64,000 bases of DNA from Acanthaster planci. Taxonomy: Eukaryota. The DNA is taken from NCBI RefSeq assembly GCF_001949145.1, contig NW_019091357.1, positions 872,671 through 936,670 on the forward strand, in the 5' to 3' direction. Position numbers and translations under genes: made by a program. A model generated the notes under the pieces. The model ran no database searches and was not told the origin of the DNA. It saw only the letters and a program-made list of their open reading frames with translations. Below are positions 38,243-51,754 of the stretch, in pieces (the first letter of the stretch is position 1; every line of letters starts with the position of its first letter).

Positions 38243-41200
38243 AGACAGAACACAAACATTCAGCCAGTGGCTTGCAGGGAACTCATAACTGAAATTCTGC
38301 ATTGCTTTTAAGACAATCGTCACCTCTGTTACTGTTGAGTGTAACTCGACAGGGGTGCCAAAGTGTTCCCCCGATTGAGGTTAAGTTGTATTGAGCAAGT
38401 GTAAACTGAAAAGCTTTATATAACCGTGACATCAGAGCGTTTGCACATTATGACACACAGAAACAGAGGATGAGGGAGATCGGGGAATACATGTACATGT
38501 ATAGAGAGGGGTAAATAGGGTGTCGGGTGGAGTAATAAATAGGGTGAGGAAAAGGATGAAAAATAAAGGCGATGATCAAGACAGGGTGTGTGTAGTGTGA
38601 GTCCCCTCAGTGTGAAAGAGGGGTGTAAAAGAAATGGCTGAGGTGTGGAGTCATAAGTACCAAATGTACCGACAGTGAGTTGTTGACGAGAGACTGTGGA
38701 TGTGATATAAGGATGAAAAAGAACAGTAGCAAATAGTGAGAGACACAGAGAGAGAAAGATTGAGTGACAGACAGGCTGACGATGTGCTGATGCAGTAACG
38801 AATTTTCAGCTGTAACTTATGTGCCTAATGTTTAACCAATTCCGTCCACTCCGGCGTTTTATTGTTAAATGTATAAGAGTTGATCTCTTGCAAATTATAT
38901 TTTGCTCTGGTACTGGTTACCCTAAAGAGCAAATTTTCGAGTGAATATTTAGCTAGCTGACCTGCGCAAAGAGTTTCGTGTATTTACGCAAATACTTATA
39001 GGCGAATTAACAATCTGTTGATGTTCATAATAGGGCGATTCACAATAGTGCGCCTTCAACAGTTTCCAACGCATTGAAAAATCACAACGCGGTAAATCTG
39101 TCGACCCTTTCGAAACACGCATCGTGTCGACAGACTTCGCTCATTGTGATTGGCCAACGCCTTGCAGACTCTTGGAGGCGCATCATTGTGAAACGCCCGT
39201 ATTATGTCGGGAATCGCTTAGCTTGTCTCTGCGTCCCATCCTCCGTTCAGCAAAAACCATGTCGTTACGGTTCTGATCCCCAGTCGGTGGAATCTGACGA
39301 CTTTCGTTTCACTTTTGTGATTTGTCTCATTTTTTTTCGAATTGCAAGTGTGATGGAAAACTCACTTTAATGTTATTAACATTTTTTTTCTATTTAACGT
39401 GTGACATGTGAAATAAAGATACATATTGGAAGTGAAAAGAGACATCTTATTTTGTTGACTGCGAAGGGTATGTTGTACACGCTAACATCAAGACGATATG
39501 GTTTTGTGTCATGTCAGATCAAGAAACAAAATCTCAACGGATTCAAGGCCAGCGGCAAAATCACTGGTCAACATTTGAAGCTCAGTGCATGTACCATGTA
39601 CATACATGTAAACAGGAACACCCACGCACACACTCATTACACATCGCAAATAATCTCATGTGTCTCTTTATTACTCATATTACATTGCTTACGCGAGTGC
39701 ATTGATCCTATTAGAGTAATTAGAGGCGAGAGCGATCCTTGTGTATTAATTCGTTTCAGTTTTCCCTCGATTGTTGCAAAATTTGTTGGATATTGTTATC
39801 AACTCTACACTCTGACGCTGGGATTAATAATTGGCCATAGAGGGCGCTGTGCCGAGTTCACCATGTCCCTTCATTGGGTGATTTACAAAGCAAAAAATGT
39901 TTTATACCTTTCAAAATTTGACCGAACCGATGGCAGACTTTGACACATTTGGTGGCGGCAAACATACCAGTCCTTTTTACCCGTTTTGAGTATAAGCGCG
40001 TTGTTCTGAGCATGCGTCCATATTTCTGAGCACGCGCAATACATGAACTGTGAAAAAGGACCAGTATGTCTGCTGCCACCAGCGTCCCAAAGTCTCCCAT
40101 TACAAGAGCTTTCCTCGTGAACATGGATCTTATAGACTGTGGATAATGCCTCTGTGTAAGTGCGTCGGGAGAAAGCAGAATTCCCGCCAAAATAATTTAC
40201 TTCACATTTCCGCGAACACAGATATTTTCTAGCCGAGTACTAAACAAGCAAGTTCAACAGCGAGGGTTACCAAAAACCCTGAACTAGTTTGCAAAAACAT
40301 ACGTGAATAAATACATTCATGTACATGCAAATGAGCACGTATATTCTACCTTATCAAACTGTAAACATATCTTTATGGGGCATGTTTTATCAACAGGATA
40401 TCGAATCATACAAGCTTCCTTCCAAACGACGAGAATCAGATGACTTTCCAAGCATACCGGAAATGTTTCTAGTAAAAGAATATTTTGTATGAAACCACTA
40501 CACCTGTCCTTACAAAATTACATACTTTACAGATCTTTATACATTTTTCATCTGCGCTACTTCTTTTGAGAAATACAGGACACGTTTCAAGTTACTATAT
40601 ATTCCACGCTGCACTACAACGCTCTTGATATACGAAATTTCACAGTAGGCCTATCTACATTTTTAACTGAGAATATAAATATAACCTATTGGTTATCGCT
40701 CACGGGAATGATGACTTCATACAACAAAAAAGCAAGGGGAATGGAACAGAGAAACATGTACATCTACACGTAATTAACACAAGTATACACATGGACAGAT
40801 GTGGCATGCATTTTACATGTAGAACATTACATGTACATTCGCTTCATTCGGTTGACTACGGTACGACATATACATGTAGCGGTACTGTACTTTGTCTTAT
40901 GGATTCTTGTGTCTTCAAGGACACTTAGCCTTTCCAAGTGGGGTCAGGTGGCGTCGCAGGCGAGTACGCAAAATTGCACACGACATGCACCGTCATGGAA
41001 GGCATTTGTGTCACTTCAGAGGCGTGGCGTAAGCGATTATCCCAGCGAAAATGAAGGGAGGGGGGGTTCAACGAGTACTGAAGGTTAGACAAACAAGACT
41101 CTGTACGGGTGCGCTGTTGACTTAGGGGTTTACTATTAATAAATGACAGGTACACGTATTCATATTTTGACTTTCTGAACCTTTCTACTCTACTGAGAAC

Positions 41201-41678
41201 CATGTACTGGTCCTATCATAATGAATTCAGAATACGTTTCTGCTACACTGTGTTACAAACACTCTACAGGAAATTTAATACCCCAACAGTTTAATTAATA
41301 TTTACAACAGTTTTACAACTCCTGTTCCCATTCTGACAGGATTACAAGAAGGAAAAACATGTGAATTTTATTATGTACAGCAGGAACATCTTTGAAAAAT
41401 TACAGCTATTTAGGTTTGCCAACCTGCTGCGAGAGTTGACAATCTTGTTTCTCACTCTTAAAGAAATGTATTGCCTCACCATGGTACAGTTCCCAATGAG
41501 ATTATACGATCTAATTCGCTGGAATATTTTACATTTTCAAGTAGGTGTATCAATTAAAACAAAAACAAAAAGTACAAAAAAGACAAAGCGACGAAAAGGC
41601 TAGTTTTATTTATTACCAATATTGTGCGCCATTGTTACCAATGTACACACATTGTGTGTGGCACCAGTTGAGTCAAGA

Positions 41679-41777
41679 TTAGTTCTTAGGAATGGCAAAG
41701 TAGATTATGACGCCGAGGATTGCCAACAGAATGAGACAGACAATGACGATAATGATCTTCTTGCGCCGAGCTTTGCC
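41679..41777 (-). CDS. STX7: Syntaxin alternative terminal TM exon b (GKARRKKIIIVIVCLILLAILGVIIYFAIPKN*)
   Basis: Acceptor ccctccctgacag, 99 nt, phase 0, TAA stop. Confidence 0.85.
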   Translation of the reverse strand, partial: GKARRKKIIIVIVCLILLAILGVIIYFAIPKN

Positions 41778-44700
41778 CTGTCAGGGAGGGAAATCAGAAC
41801 GGGGAAATTAAAAGAAATGAGATGGGTCACTGATGACTCCTATCCTGGATGGACGACAATGCTGTGCTACCTATCAACAAACAACCTGTCTGCTGGCTTA
41901 TGGTGGGGGTAGGGTTGGAAACTCCCTCAACTGCCCCCTCCCTTTAGTGCCAAACCTGGATCCACCCCTAGATGGACAAACCATGCTGCAAGTACAGGGT
42001 TTGACGTCGCTGGCATGGAGCACGGATGGGTAATTTTCTCTAAAATGAGTCTCTTCACAACTCTTTGTGTGGGTGCCAACATTCACCAATGATATTTGAG
42101 GGTCAGCACAATCTTTCTCTTCATCAAAACTGAGAGGCATTTGTGTGTGATGCCCACAGAGGGGAGGGGCAATACATGTTGATGTCAAGGATGAGCTACA
42201 AGACCGCCACCTGTACACTCCAGATGGCTGCTAGAACACATCGGGCAGCGCTCTTGCACTTCTTCAACGTTCAGGCCTTTTCATGTTAAGTAGTTGCTTG
42301 TTGCCTAATGGTTTGGAGGGTCTGTAACTCCCGATCACAGGGTCGGGGGTTCGAATCCAGCTGCTAGATACATACTGTGACCTTGGGCCAGTCACTTTAC
42401 CTGACTTACCTCTCTCAACCCAGAAGTATGACTGAGTACTTCTAAAGGCAGAGAGGGTCAGAGCTTTCGGCTGCATTCTACATAACTGCATTCGAGCTGC
42501 GCATTCCCCAGGGAGCCCAGTTGGATTTAGGAATGTTTACAGCCGCCATAAACAGGGATAAAGGTGACGTCAGCGTACCAAAGTGAATGCATAATAAGTG
42601 TGTAAAAGGCATTAGCGCGATTAGAATTGTGGGTGATCGAAATCGAATCGAATCCTAGAGGAATTTTTTCTTAAATATTTTCTTTTCTTCAGCTTTTTTT
42701 ACCTGTTGGAAAAAATCGAAAGCAGAGGGTAGTTGGATTGGGTGTTAAAATTCATGTCATCAATGGATATGCAAATTAATGGTAGCATCAGTCTTCCAGA
42801 CTGTGACCAGCTTCAGTGAAACAGAAATAAGTCCCAGTGAATCATATTTGGAGATATTTGCATAGTGCTGCAAGAATAGGATGAAACTCCCAAGAACTTG
42901 AGCTGAAAGTTTGCACATCAGTATCGCAAAGCAAGTAAACAAGATATGAGATTTTTCCTTATTCTCTTGGAAGTAGCCACTACAGGAGTGGCAATCCTTC
43001 ACAATTAATCTGCTTAGAAAATAATGAGAAGGGATCGCTCATTTTCAAAGAAAAACGTCCTTGTTATTTAAACAAACAACTGATCATCATATGAAGGAAA
43101 GCAAGCCATTCGACACAGACAGCATTGACAGGAATAGATATTTGTGAAGACTGCTCGTTCACAGCCAGGAATAGCTGAAGGCATACAAACGAACCTCATT
43201 AGTACGAGGTCCTCTGGACTTTACCGACTACAGGAACCTTGTGGTATTAGGAATTAGAACTAGGAGGCACAAAGGACTGGGACTTACAAATGTCCTTGCT
43301 ATAAAGAGAAAGTTGCCTTAACAGTGGTCTTGTTATTAGTTAGACAAAAGTTAGACAAAATGCAAGCTTTATTTCTCACTCCTGTCAATTTTTTATGTAC
43401 AAAAAGGAGCAGTTTCTCTGTATTAAGAAATTCAAATGTATGCACGGTGACAGACACACAGCGGTGTTATGCTAGTTGGCAAATGACCATGATTGAAACA
43501 AAATGAAAACAAATCTTGTTGGAACTAAGACGGTAAGCCAACAGCTAAAAAAAATTGCAATGAAAATACAACGCTAATAAACTTATGCAGATCTGATGAA
43601 GATCGAAGCATTGGAAGAGTATCTATCCCAAACGGTCAAGCAGTTGGTAAAAATAGCCCAGTTGTAGCTAAGCTCCATCAAACTGGTCATGTGACATGAC
43701 CCACAGAGACATGAGACAGGTTCAGCACGCATCAATACAAATGGACACCGAAACTGCCAAATCTGCAAATTGGTAGCCCCAGACTTATTCCTCATTTCGA
43801 TGGAGCTGGTCACAGCCCGTTTCACTCCACATACCCTTCAATGGCATAGCGAATGAGTTGGTGGTGAGCAGGTGGTCAGCTAGTTCTTGGGAACAACGAG
43901 ATAGATAATGAGGACTATGGCTGCAAGAAGCACTAAGCAGCAGATGGTGATCAAGATTTTTTTCCTTCTTGCTTTGGACTGCAAGGAATCAAGTCGGAAA
44001 TCTTGGACTGATTAAATATACAAACTTTCCTTTTGAAACTCAAGAAAATGCAAACACGACACTACAGAAACAGTTGGAACACGGATTTGCAAAATTTACT
44101 GTAGACTGAAAACTAACGTGTCCAATTTGCTTACACCACGTCACACACAAAAAAACAAACTTCTCACAAAAGGTCCAAACTCTAAAAGAGAAAATAAACA
44201 AAAAATCTTTCTATACCCAGGAGGAAAATCCAACATAAGCTAAGAGATTTTGAAAGAAAAATGTGTACAACACGGCCAAAAAAGTGTCAAATGGTCCATT
44301 CAGTGTCAGTGCATCAGCAGCCTTTTACCGGGGAAGACAAATTAAAAAGTTTCCAACAGCAGCGACGAGCTCATGCAAGCTGGTTGAGAAGATTTGATCC
44401 ACACTACTCGAGGCCTGAGTTTTGATCCAACCTTACAGGGTACAGTACGTTGTGGTGTTTAAGGAAGATGGTAAAACAACTTCGTGCATGCAGACAAGCA
44501 GAAAGAGAAGGAACTAATGATGCAAAAGCGTAACATGATCAGCAGTCCTCACTACAATTGTTGACACACCCCATAGCGTAATCCTCACTTTGCTCCGAGA
44601 AAAACCCATCGAAGTGACTTTGATATTACCAATCAACAGCAAATGCCTGCCAAATTGCTCCAACTCAAAACATTTCTATGTGTACTAAAGATGGGGTGTG

Positions 44701-47700
44701 CCAAACAATTCTGCACCAGTGTTAGGAAGGCCCACTCAGCGGGTGTGTCAAAGAATCATGCACTGATGATGTTAAGCTAAGCGTCCGGCATGAAGGCAAT
44801 GTTCACATACTCTAACTACATGTAGAATTTTCTTTCTCTTGTATTCTTTTTCCTCCAAAAGGAGGCTGCTACAACCCAAAATTAAGGCACTAAAGCTCAT
44901 TAAGGGTTCGTCGTCTGTGCCTCTGTTCATCATCATTAAACTCAAGCTCTTGAATTCTTCAAAATTCAAAAGTAATTTCAACGCATCGGGGGGAGTGGAG
45001 CGTGGTGTCTACTTTAAAAGGACCTTGACGCCCTTAGAAAGTAAGATTACAAAGATGTCGCAGTTGATTACTGACAGAGGGGTGGATTTTGAAGAATATG
45101 AGGTTTCTTGTAAAAATTCTTCAAGGTAATTCAACCACGGTTTTGAACATGTCTTCCAGCTGAAACTTTTTGGCTTAATTCGGCTTTGCCAAGCAGTGCA
45201 CAGCAGAAACGTCAACACCGAGTAAATGACATCCAGACATTTCTGAAAGTCTTACCTGATAATCCTTGGCTTTCATAAGCTGTGTGTTGGCTTGCTCGAC
45301 ATGGACTTCTGCCGAGTCAACGTTTGCTTCTATGCTGTCTGCAGGATAAAGAAACAATTGTGAAAAACTGACAGGGTTAGGTTTGAAGAAAAATACACGA
45401 GACTTGTTACTGTAAACATAAACTAGTTTGGATGTCCTTTTGGGGTCTGTTTTGAATATGGCCTTGATTTCCAGTCAAAGTTGGACATCTGTACAACTCA
45501 GGCCATCAGAAGTAACTAAACTTGGGGCTCAAGGTGAACGTTTCTGTTCTTGCTGGAAGAACATGATTTCTGAGTGGAATTTTTAGCATGATTTTGCACA
45601 GCTCACCGATCATGTCCCCTTGTTCATGAACCATCGTTGCCAAGTCTTTGAAGATGGTATTCACATCGACGATGTCGGACTGAAAAGACGTAACAAAGAG
45701 ACAGTTAAATAGGTGCTTCTAAATGGAAATTGCCGTAACATGACCGGCAAAGACATATCAGGAAGCATACCATGTCTGTAGATCTGGGTATTTCTACTGG
45801 CAATTTCATGTGCACCAGATACTGACAGGCTTCAGAGGCGTGCGCGTTTCCGCGCACATCTGTGTCAATTGAGTGCTGACCATCAAAATCACGCAACTGA
45901 AAAGTGTCTATCGCTGTGCCTCAAAGGTCAAAGACACAGATAGAAGCTGTGATGGGTAGGCTTGAGAGTGGGGTTTGAACTCCACACATGGAACTCAGGA
46001 CCAGTGTTTGTCAGACTCTGTTGTATAAGACTTTTAGGGAGACTTACGACGACTGGGTGCGAAAATGTGTTCTCTGTTGATGAAAACTTGGCCTGGTTTC
46101 AAACCGGGTTTTGAAGGCAAGAGGGTAAGGGAACGTCTTCAAAGACATAAATGTCAATATTTCACATGATCATTCCAGCTAGAACACTAGTGTCGGAATG
46201 TTCACATATAAGTGGGAAGGGTCAACTTTGTGCATGGACCATCCTGAGGCAGCGCTCCAATGGTAATGCTGCATTCTGCAATGAGACGAAGGCATTCCAA
46301 AATAATGGAATATTTGAACCTGTTCCGAATTACGATACACTCTCTGAAGGCAGATGTGGATGATAGTTAAGAAGTTGGCAGGAAAGGAGACAACTTGTCT
46401 ACCTCCAGTTTACGGAGTTGAGCCTCTCTCTCCTTCAAAGCTTCAAAGTCCTCCTGCTGCATTTGACTCTGCTGCATCGCTGGGGGCTGGGAACCACCAC
46501 TGACGAGGGAACCAGTGAAGTCATGTCATAACGTAGAATAGCATTTGTGAAATCAAATCTTTACCCTTATTTAAAATCTGGCCAGAAAGACATGTATAAA
46601 GATACCTTATTAGATGTGGAGAAAGAAAAAATTAACCAATTAAGGCTTTCAGCTCTCATTGGTCAACTTGAATCCATCCATACTTCAGCATTTTACTCAG
46701 TAATATCAATTCAATCCATGCAAAGCTTCCGGAAGAGGAATTTTTCAAACTTCCGTTAGGAAATTTCTTAGGAAGGGGACAAGAAAAAATGCAAATAGCA
46801 TTTCAGCAGCTTACCCTTCCCAATTGATGAGTGCATTTGGTCCCTCATCATAGTCCTCCTGCAAAGACAGCAAAGGATAAAACCAAAACGAAAATCAAGT
46901 CCAGGCTGTTTATTTAGATTTTAGTGAAGCCTCTTTTTTTGTACAACCTAAGACTCTTAAATCTTGCCAGGCAGGTCAGGCTCAACTTTACCAAGAAAAA
47001 TGGAAGTGTACAGTGTTTCTAATGTGACTGACCCCGAGTCCTGAGTTGGCACGGACACGCCTGACCCCCTCACGTTCCTTCTGAGCTGCTTCTCGTTGGA
47101 CTCTCTGAAATTGGTTGAGGGCTGCAGTGAAGTCGTTGGTGAACCGTTCCCTTTGCAACTTCTGCTGCCTCTACAAGGACAAAGAAATTAACGATGAACG
47201 TCTACTGACTGAAGACTCGTTAACTAATTAGAAAGTCCACAATGACGAGTTCAAAGACACGCCTGAGCTGATGTAATAGATTCCACAGATTGCCAGAGTT
47301 GTAGTTAAGTCCATGACTAGTCTCTTATCAAGTCTTTTCATGTGACCAGTCACAAGTAATAGAGTGAACAAGGACAAAGGAATGCTTCAGTCACAGTTCA
47401 TTTGAATAACTTGAGACTGAACGAGTTGGGAATGACTAAAGATAATTGAAAATACTAACTGACGCATTTGCATGGACATAGACTCGACCACAACACTGAT
47501 GACTGGGCCTCTTACAATCAGATTTGTACATGGTGTAGGAGATTAAACAGTAATTGAGACTGGACTTTTCATTCACTCACTAAAGAGCTAAGCTAGACAC
47601 GGGAGGATAACTCGTGTTTACCTGGTCTGATGAGGATATGGGAGGCGGTGCATTATTCAACTCCTTCAGCATACGGTTTGTGTCTTTGGCTAATTGGTTG

Positions 47701-50573
47701 GTGTAATGCTGCAACTCATCACTGATAAAAACAACCCAAAGAATAATCAGGGTTTCTAATGGTTCATGTCAGCAGATTCTGGTCATTGTCATCATAAAAG
47801 TTTGAAATTTGTGAAAAAAACGTCATCCATACAGGTTTTCATTCAAGTCATTCTTTTTTCATTTAAATACATGCAAGACTGAATTTTGCCCCAGAAGATC
47901 ATTTTGTCTTGTGTACTCCACGTCAAGGAAGCAGTTCTGTGGGCTTCATTGCCCATAGGCTGAATTTGAGATTTTGCAGGGGATCCTAAAGATTGACTAA
48001 TTTAGCTAGTTTGTTCAAATCACAGCATTGAACTCTTCACGACAGGATTATTTTGACCCGACTGCTGGCATGCCCTGAATAGAGGGTTTGTCCAGCAGCA
48101 GGCCCCATTGAACCAGCAGCTGCATGGCGAATAGACAGTATGCGTGGTATGCACTAATCCTCACACAATGGTGCAGTAGTAGCAGTCCTCCGTAGCGAGG
48201 GCGTTAAACTCTTCTTGATGTGAAGCATTGTGGGATACTAGTTGGTCACAAATGGGCTTTTTGTTTGTGCGCCAAAACTCAAGATCGGTGTTTTCAATAT
48301 GGGATCCTAACTGTTGCGCTAGCTCTATCCGCAAAGTTTGAATCCAATCGCTGCAGAGAGGGCACTTACAGCTTCCCTCTGACACTCTTGTTGTCATCTG
48401 GCGTTCCAAGTCTGGGAATAATCCGCTCAATTTCTTTCACTGAGGGAAGAAACAAGACACAGAGAGGTGTCAAGTACGACAAAAACCCAGGAGAAGTGTG
48501 GCCTTGGGGATAGGCTTATGGCTCCTCATATTGGAGGAGGGTGTTCCATGATGAGGTCATGTCAGCTGAACACGAGCTTGATGAGACTCGTTAGCTGAGA
48601 GGGGACCAATGTCAAATGACCTGCTGTTGGTGTGTTAGTGTATTTTTAACACTCTGTGTATGGATTTGCCAATATTCAAAGCCAACGTTTGTAAATCATT
48701 TTTTTTCCCATAAAAATTTCTGCGAACAAGTTCAGTTGAGGAGCAGAATGGAAGTACTGCAAGTTTGAGAGACCTTCAATATACCTATGAGACACCTGTC
48801 TTAGACACCTGTCTTAGTTGTCACAGCCATTATGTCACTCTCTGTTCTGGCAATCACATACCATTCTGGGAGATCTTCTGTATGTTAGAGCCAATGCCCT
48901 GCACCAGTCTAGTCTGATCTGCTGCAGAGCTGTTCCTCCCTACGGAAAAATAAGAGCACAAATTTCATCATAGTATACGGTTTGAAACTGTCACTGATGC
49001 ACTGGCCTGAGTCCAGCAATTATAGATCCAGTCTGGTGGCTCCTGTTACAGTGTTCTCCATGAGGGGTTTTAGCAGGGCGGGCCGCTCTGAAAAAATTTT
49101 AGACCGCCCCGCTTAAGTTTTGCAGCCCCACCAAAAGTTTCATCACCCTGCTATTTTTTCTACTGAATTTTCAGTGTTTTCCACCATCTTAACAGTTTAT
49201 GCACATTTTTGTCTATAAATGCAAAGAAGTTTACCGCACTTTATGGAATGAACATGATGAGTTTGCCATCATTATTTAGCACAACAGTATAGTACTTTCC
49301 TGCATTTATGATCAAAGCCAAATGCAGTTAAGTACATAAGCACAAAATTCTCAACTGGTTCCAATCTCCCAGTCGTAGCATTTTCATTTCTTTGCATCAA
49401 GAGCCAACACAAATGTTCATGTACATGTATTTGGGTTCATAAACTGTGGAATGTGGGGAATAGACACTAATCATTTGCAGTACAGCTGAAAAACTCGAGT
49501 TAAATTTACACAATTTTCACTTTTTAATTCACTGAAATTGTTATTTATGAACCAATTTTTTCCAAATCAAGAAATTCTTAATTAGAAAATCAGCATGCTA
49601 CAATGGCTCTGGCTGAAAATGGATATTTTGCACAGTTACTTTTTATATGAAAAAAATTGTTACTATTCGGAACTGGTTAAAGAGATTCAGAACTAGAAAA
49701 TGTGTTGTCACTTTTAACGATCCCGTAAGTCCAAATTAAAAGCCCAGCTTTTGAAAGCAATTTTGTAGTTTTTCAAATACACGAGGTGGACAACTGACCA
49801 TATTTCACCAGAATTATAGGACTTTGTCACTGGAATTTGACCATGGAGTTATTTTTGAAATCCAGAATTAGGGAAGCGACTGTACATCATCCACTCGCGC
49901 TGTGTCCTTGTACGTACATAAACCCCCAAACCATCCACTTGATGGGGAGTTCCGATGATTAAAAAAAGAAAATGCCCCAGAAAAAAAATCAAGTTTTGAA
50001 GACCTCTCAGTAACAATCTTGCCTTCATTTCAAACTGTTACCACAAGCAAATTTGATTCAAGGAGTCACAAGAAAATGCCAAGAAAATGCACCTTTAATG
50101 TTAAATGATTTGATACCTTATTTCATTACCACATCAGGTCAAACACAGTGTTAAACACAGAGAAAAAAAAAAAACAGAAAAAAAAACTGAAAGAAAAACA
50201 ATAGCTATTTCGGCCAGAGACCAACACAGCTAACTATTCAAATACAATGATCGGTGCTACACAACATACTAAACTACAGAACATTTCAACAAGTCTGAGT
50301 ACAAGTACAAAAGAAGGTATCTAATGCAAAGGCATGTTCTAAAAACACCTGTTTCCTAAATCAATAAGTGGTATTTTTTTTTCTTCTCCCAAAGCAACAG
50401 CTATTTGGTACCAGCGCCTACAAAACTTAGTCATGATGTTTAAATGAAATAAACTCATCACTGATCCATTATCACAGTTGGATGATGGATTTACCTGCAG
50501 AGCCTGAGGTGTAAGTTGAGAAACCCTCGTCTCTGTACTCTCCCCCACCAAAGTCTCCACGGCCAAATGACAT
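41679..50573 (-). CDS. STX7: Syntaxin-7/12 family Qa-SNARE
   Basis: Exons (-): 50495-50573 (MSFGRGD..), 48862-48939, 48370-48439 (LGTPDD), 47622-47721 (LQHYTNQLAKDT), 47033-47170 (RQQKLQRERFTNDF..FQRVQR), 46815-46858, 46403-46499, 45607-45679 (DIVDVNTIFKDLATMVHEQGDMID), 45256-45338 (SIEANV), then TM exon 43880-43978 or 41679-41777. STX7 versus STX12 not resolved. Confidence 0.92.
42295..42620 (+). mobile_element. tRNA-derived SINE with a CORE-like central domain
   Basis: Degenerate A box (tgcctaatgg), B box GGTTCGAATCC, then tgtgaccttgggccagtcactttacc..ctctctcaacccag, resembling the conserved central domain of CORE-type metazoan SINEs. End coordinates approximate. Confidence 0.65.
43880..43978 (-). 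CDS. STX7: Syntaxin alternative terminal TM exon a (SKARRKKILITICCLVLLAAIVLIIYLVVPKN*)
   Basis: Acceptor ttccttgcag, 99 nt, phase 0, TAG stop. Confidence 0.85.
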   Translation of the reverse strand, partial: SKARRKKILITICCLVLLAAIVLIIYLVVPKN

Positions 50574-51588
50574 CCTTCCGCTCTGCTTTGATTCAAGATA
50601 CACTACTCTCAGCTGCCTGAGCAGTTCACGGTGTTGATGTGGTGGGTGGGCAAGTCGGCTGTATGGCCTTGCTCGTGGTCAGTGACTTTTAATAACAGTT
50701 CTGACTCTTGAATAGCTACTGTAAGTGATGCATAGTGGTAATAAACGAGTCAAACCTGTTGGATGGAATGACAGCAATTTTAAAAATCAATAGACTTGAT
50801 GGAATAAAGGAACCAGCCTAAAAAGTTTGATGAAAAAATTTCCCAGAGAAATGTAAATGCAGATCTTGTGAAGTCCACTTTTAGTTTCGAAAATACTTGA
50901 TTAGCAACCACGGAAAAAGTACTATAAGTAAAGAATTCAATTTTCATGTTTAACTTAGATACAAATCTACATATACGGTGACTACGGTCACAAACATTAA
51001 AAATACATGTGTAACAACTAAACCCACAAAAATATATTAACCCTAACAGTCCCAAATCCTCTGATTTTAATATGATTTTATATTCACCCCAGGGGGTTAG
51101 AGTTAAACCTGAGATGTCACTACATGTACTTTTGAAATGTCGTATCATTCATTATGCAATGATATGGTATCCATTGTTGGTGCCTAACAGTGTACATGTA
51201 CATTGCATAATTACACACTTTCAATTTCTACCTTGAACCGAGTCGGTGTTTGACTGTGGGCCAAGCTACATAAACACAACATGGTCTATTGCAAGCGTGC
51301 AATACAGCATGCTCTGTGTGCAATCATGCAATGTACATGTAGGTGTTCTGCTGATGATGTCATCAAATCAGCCTGGGAGCGCGAATGGACAATTGGGGAT
51401 TTTTTGTGGGCGGGCAAACACAGGATCTTTTCATTCATTTTGGGATCACGATTCACGGGGTAAACATTGAATTTATAATGTTTTTGAAATGGTTACCTAT
51501 TTATTGCTATTTTAAAATACTTTACGTGAACTAAATGATTTCTGTTTCTGTTAACCTTTAACAAGCAATTGCATGTGTGTATGGTAGA

Positions 51589-51754
51589 GTCATGACAGTT
51601 GTCATGCAAATCATGTTAACAATTTTAACAGTCATGACAGTTGTAATGCAAATCATGTTAACAATTTTAACAGTCATGACAGTTGTAATGCAAATCATGT
51701 TAACAATTTTAACAGTCATGACAGTTGTAATGCAAATCATGTTAACAATTTTAA
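51589..51754. repeat. 42-bp tandem repeat, about 4 copies
   Basis: gtcatgacagttgtaatgcaaatcatgttaacaattttaaca at 51589, 51631, 51673 and 51715. Confidence 0.92.

Noticed and set aside
39401..39943. 180-aa ORF downstream of STMND1
   Set aside because: AT-rich, no domain, non-ATG start; lies in UTR or intergenic sequence.
49058..49155. Possible hAT-type terminal sequence (cagtgttctcc..)
   Set aside because: No matching opposite end found in the intron, so the element cannot be delimited.
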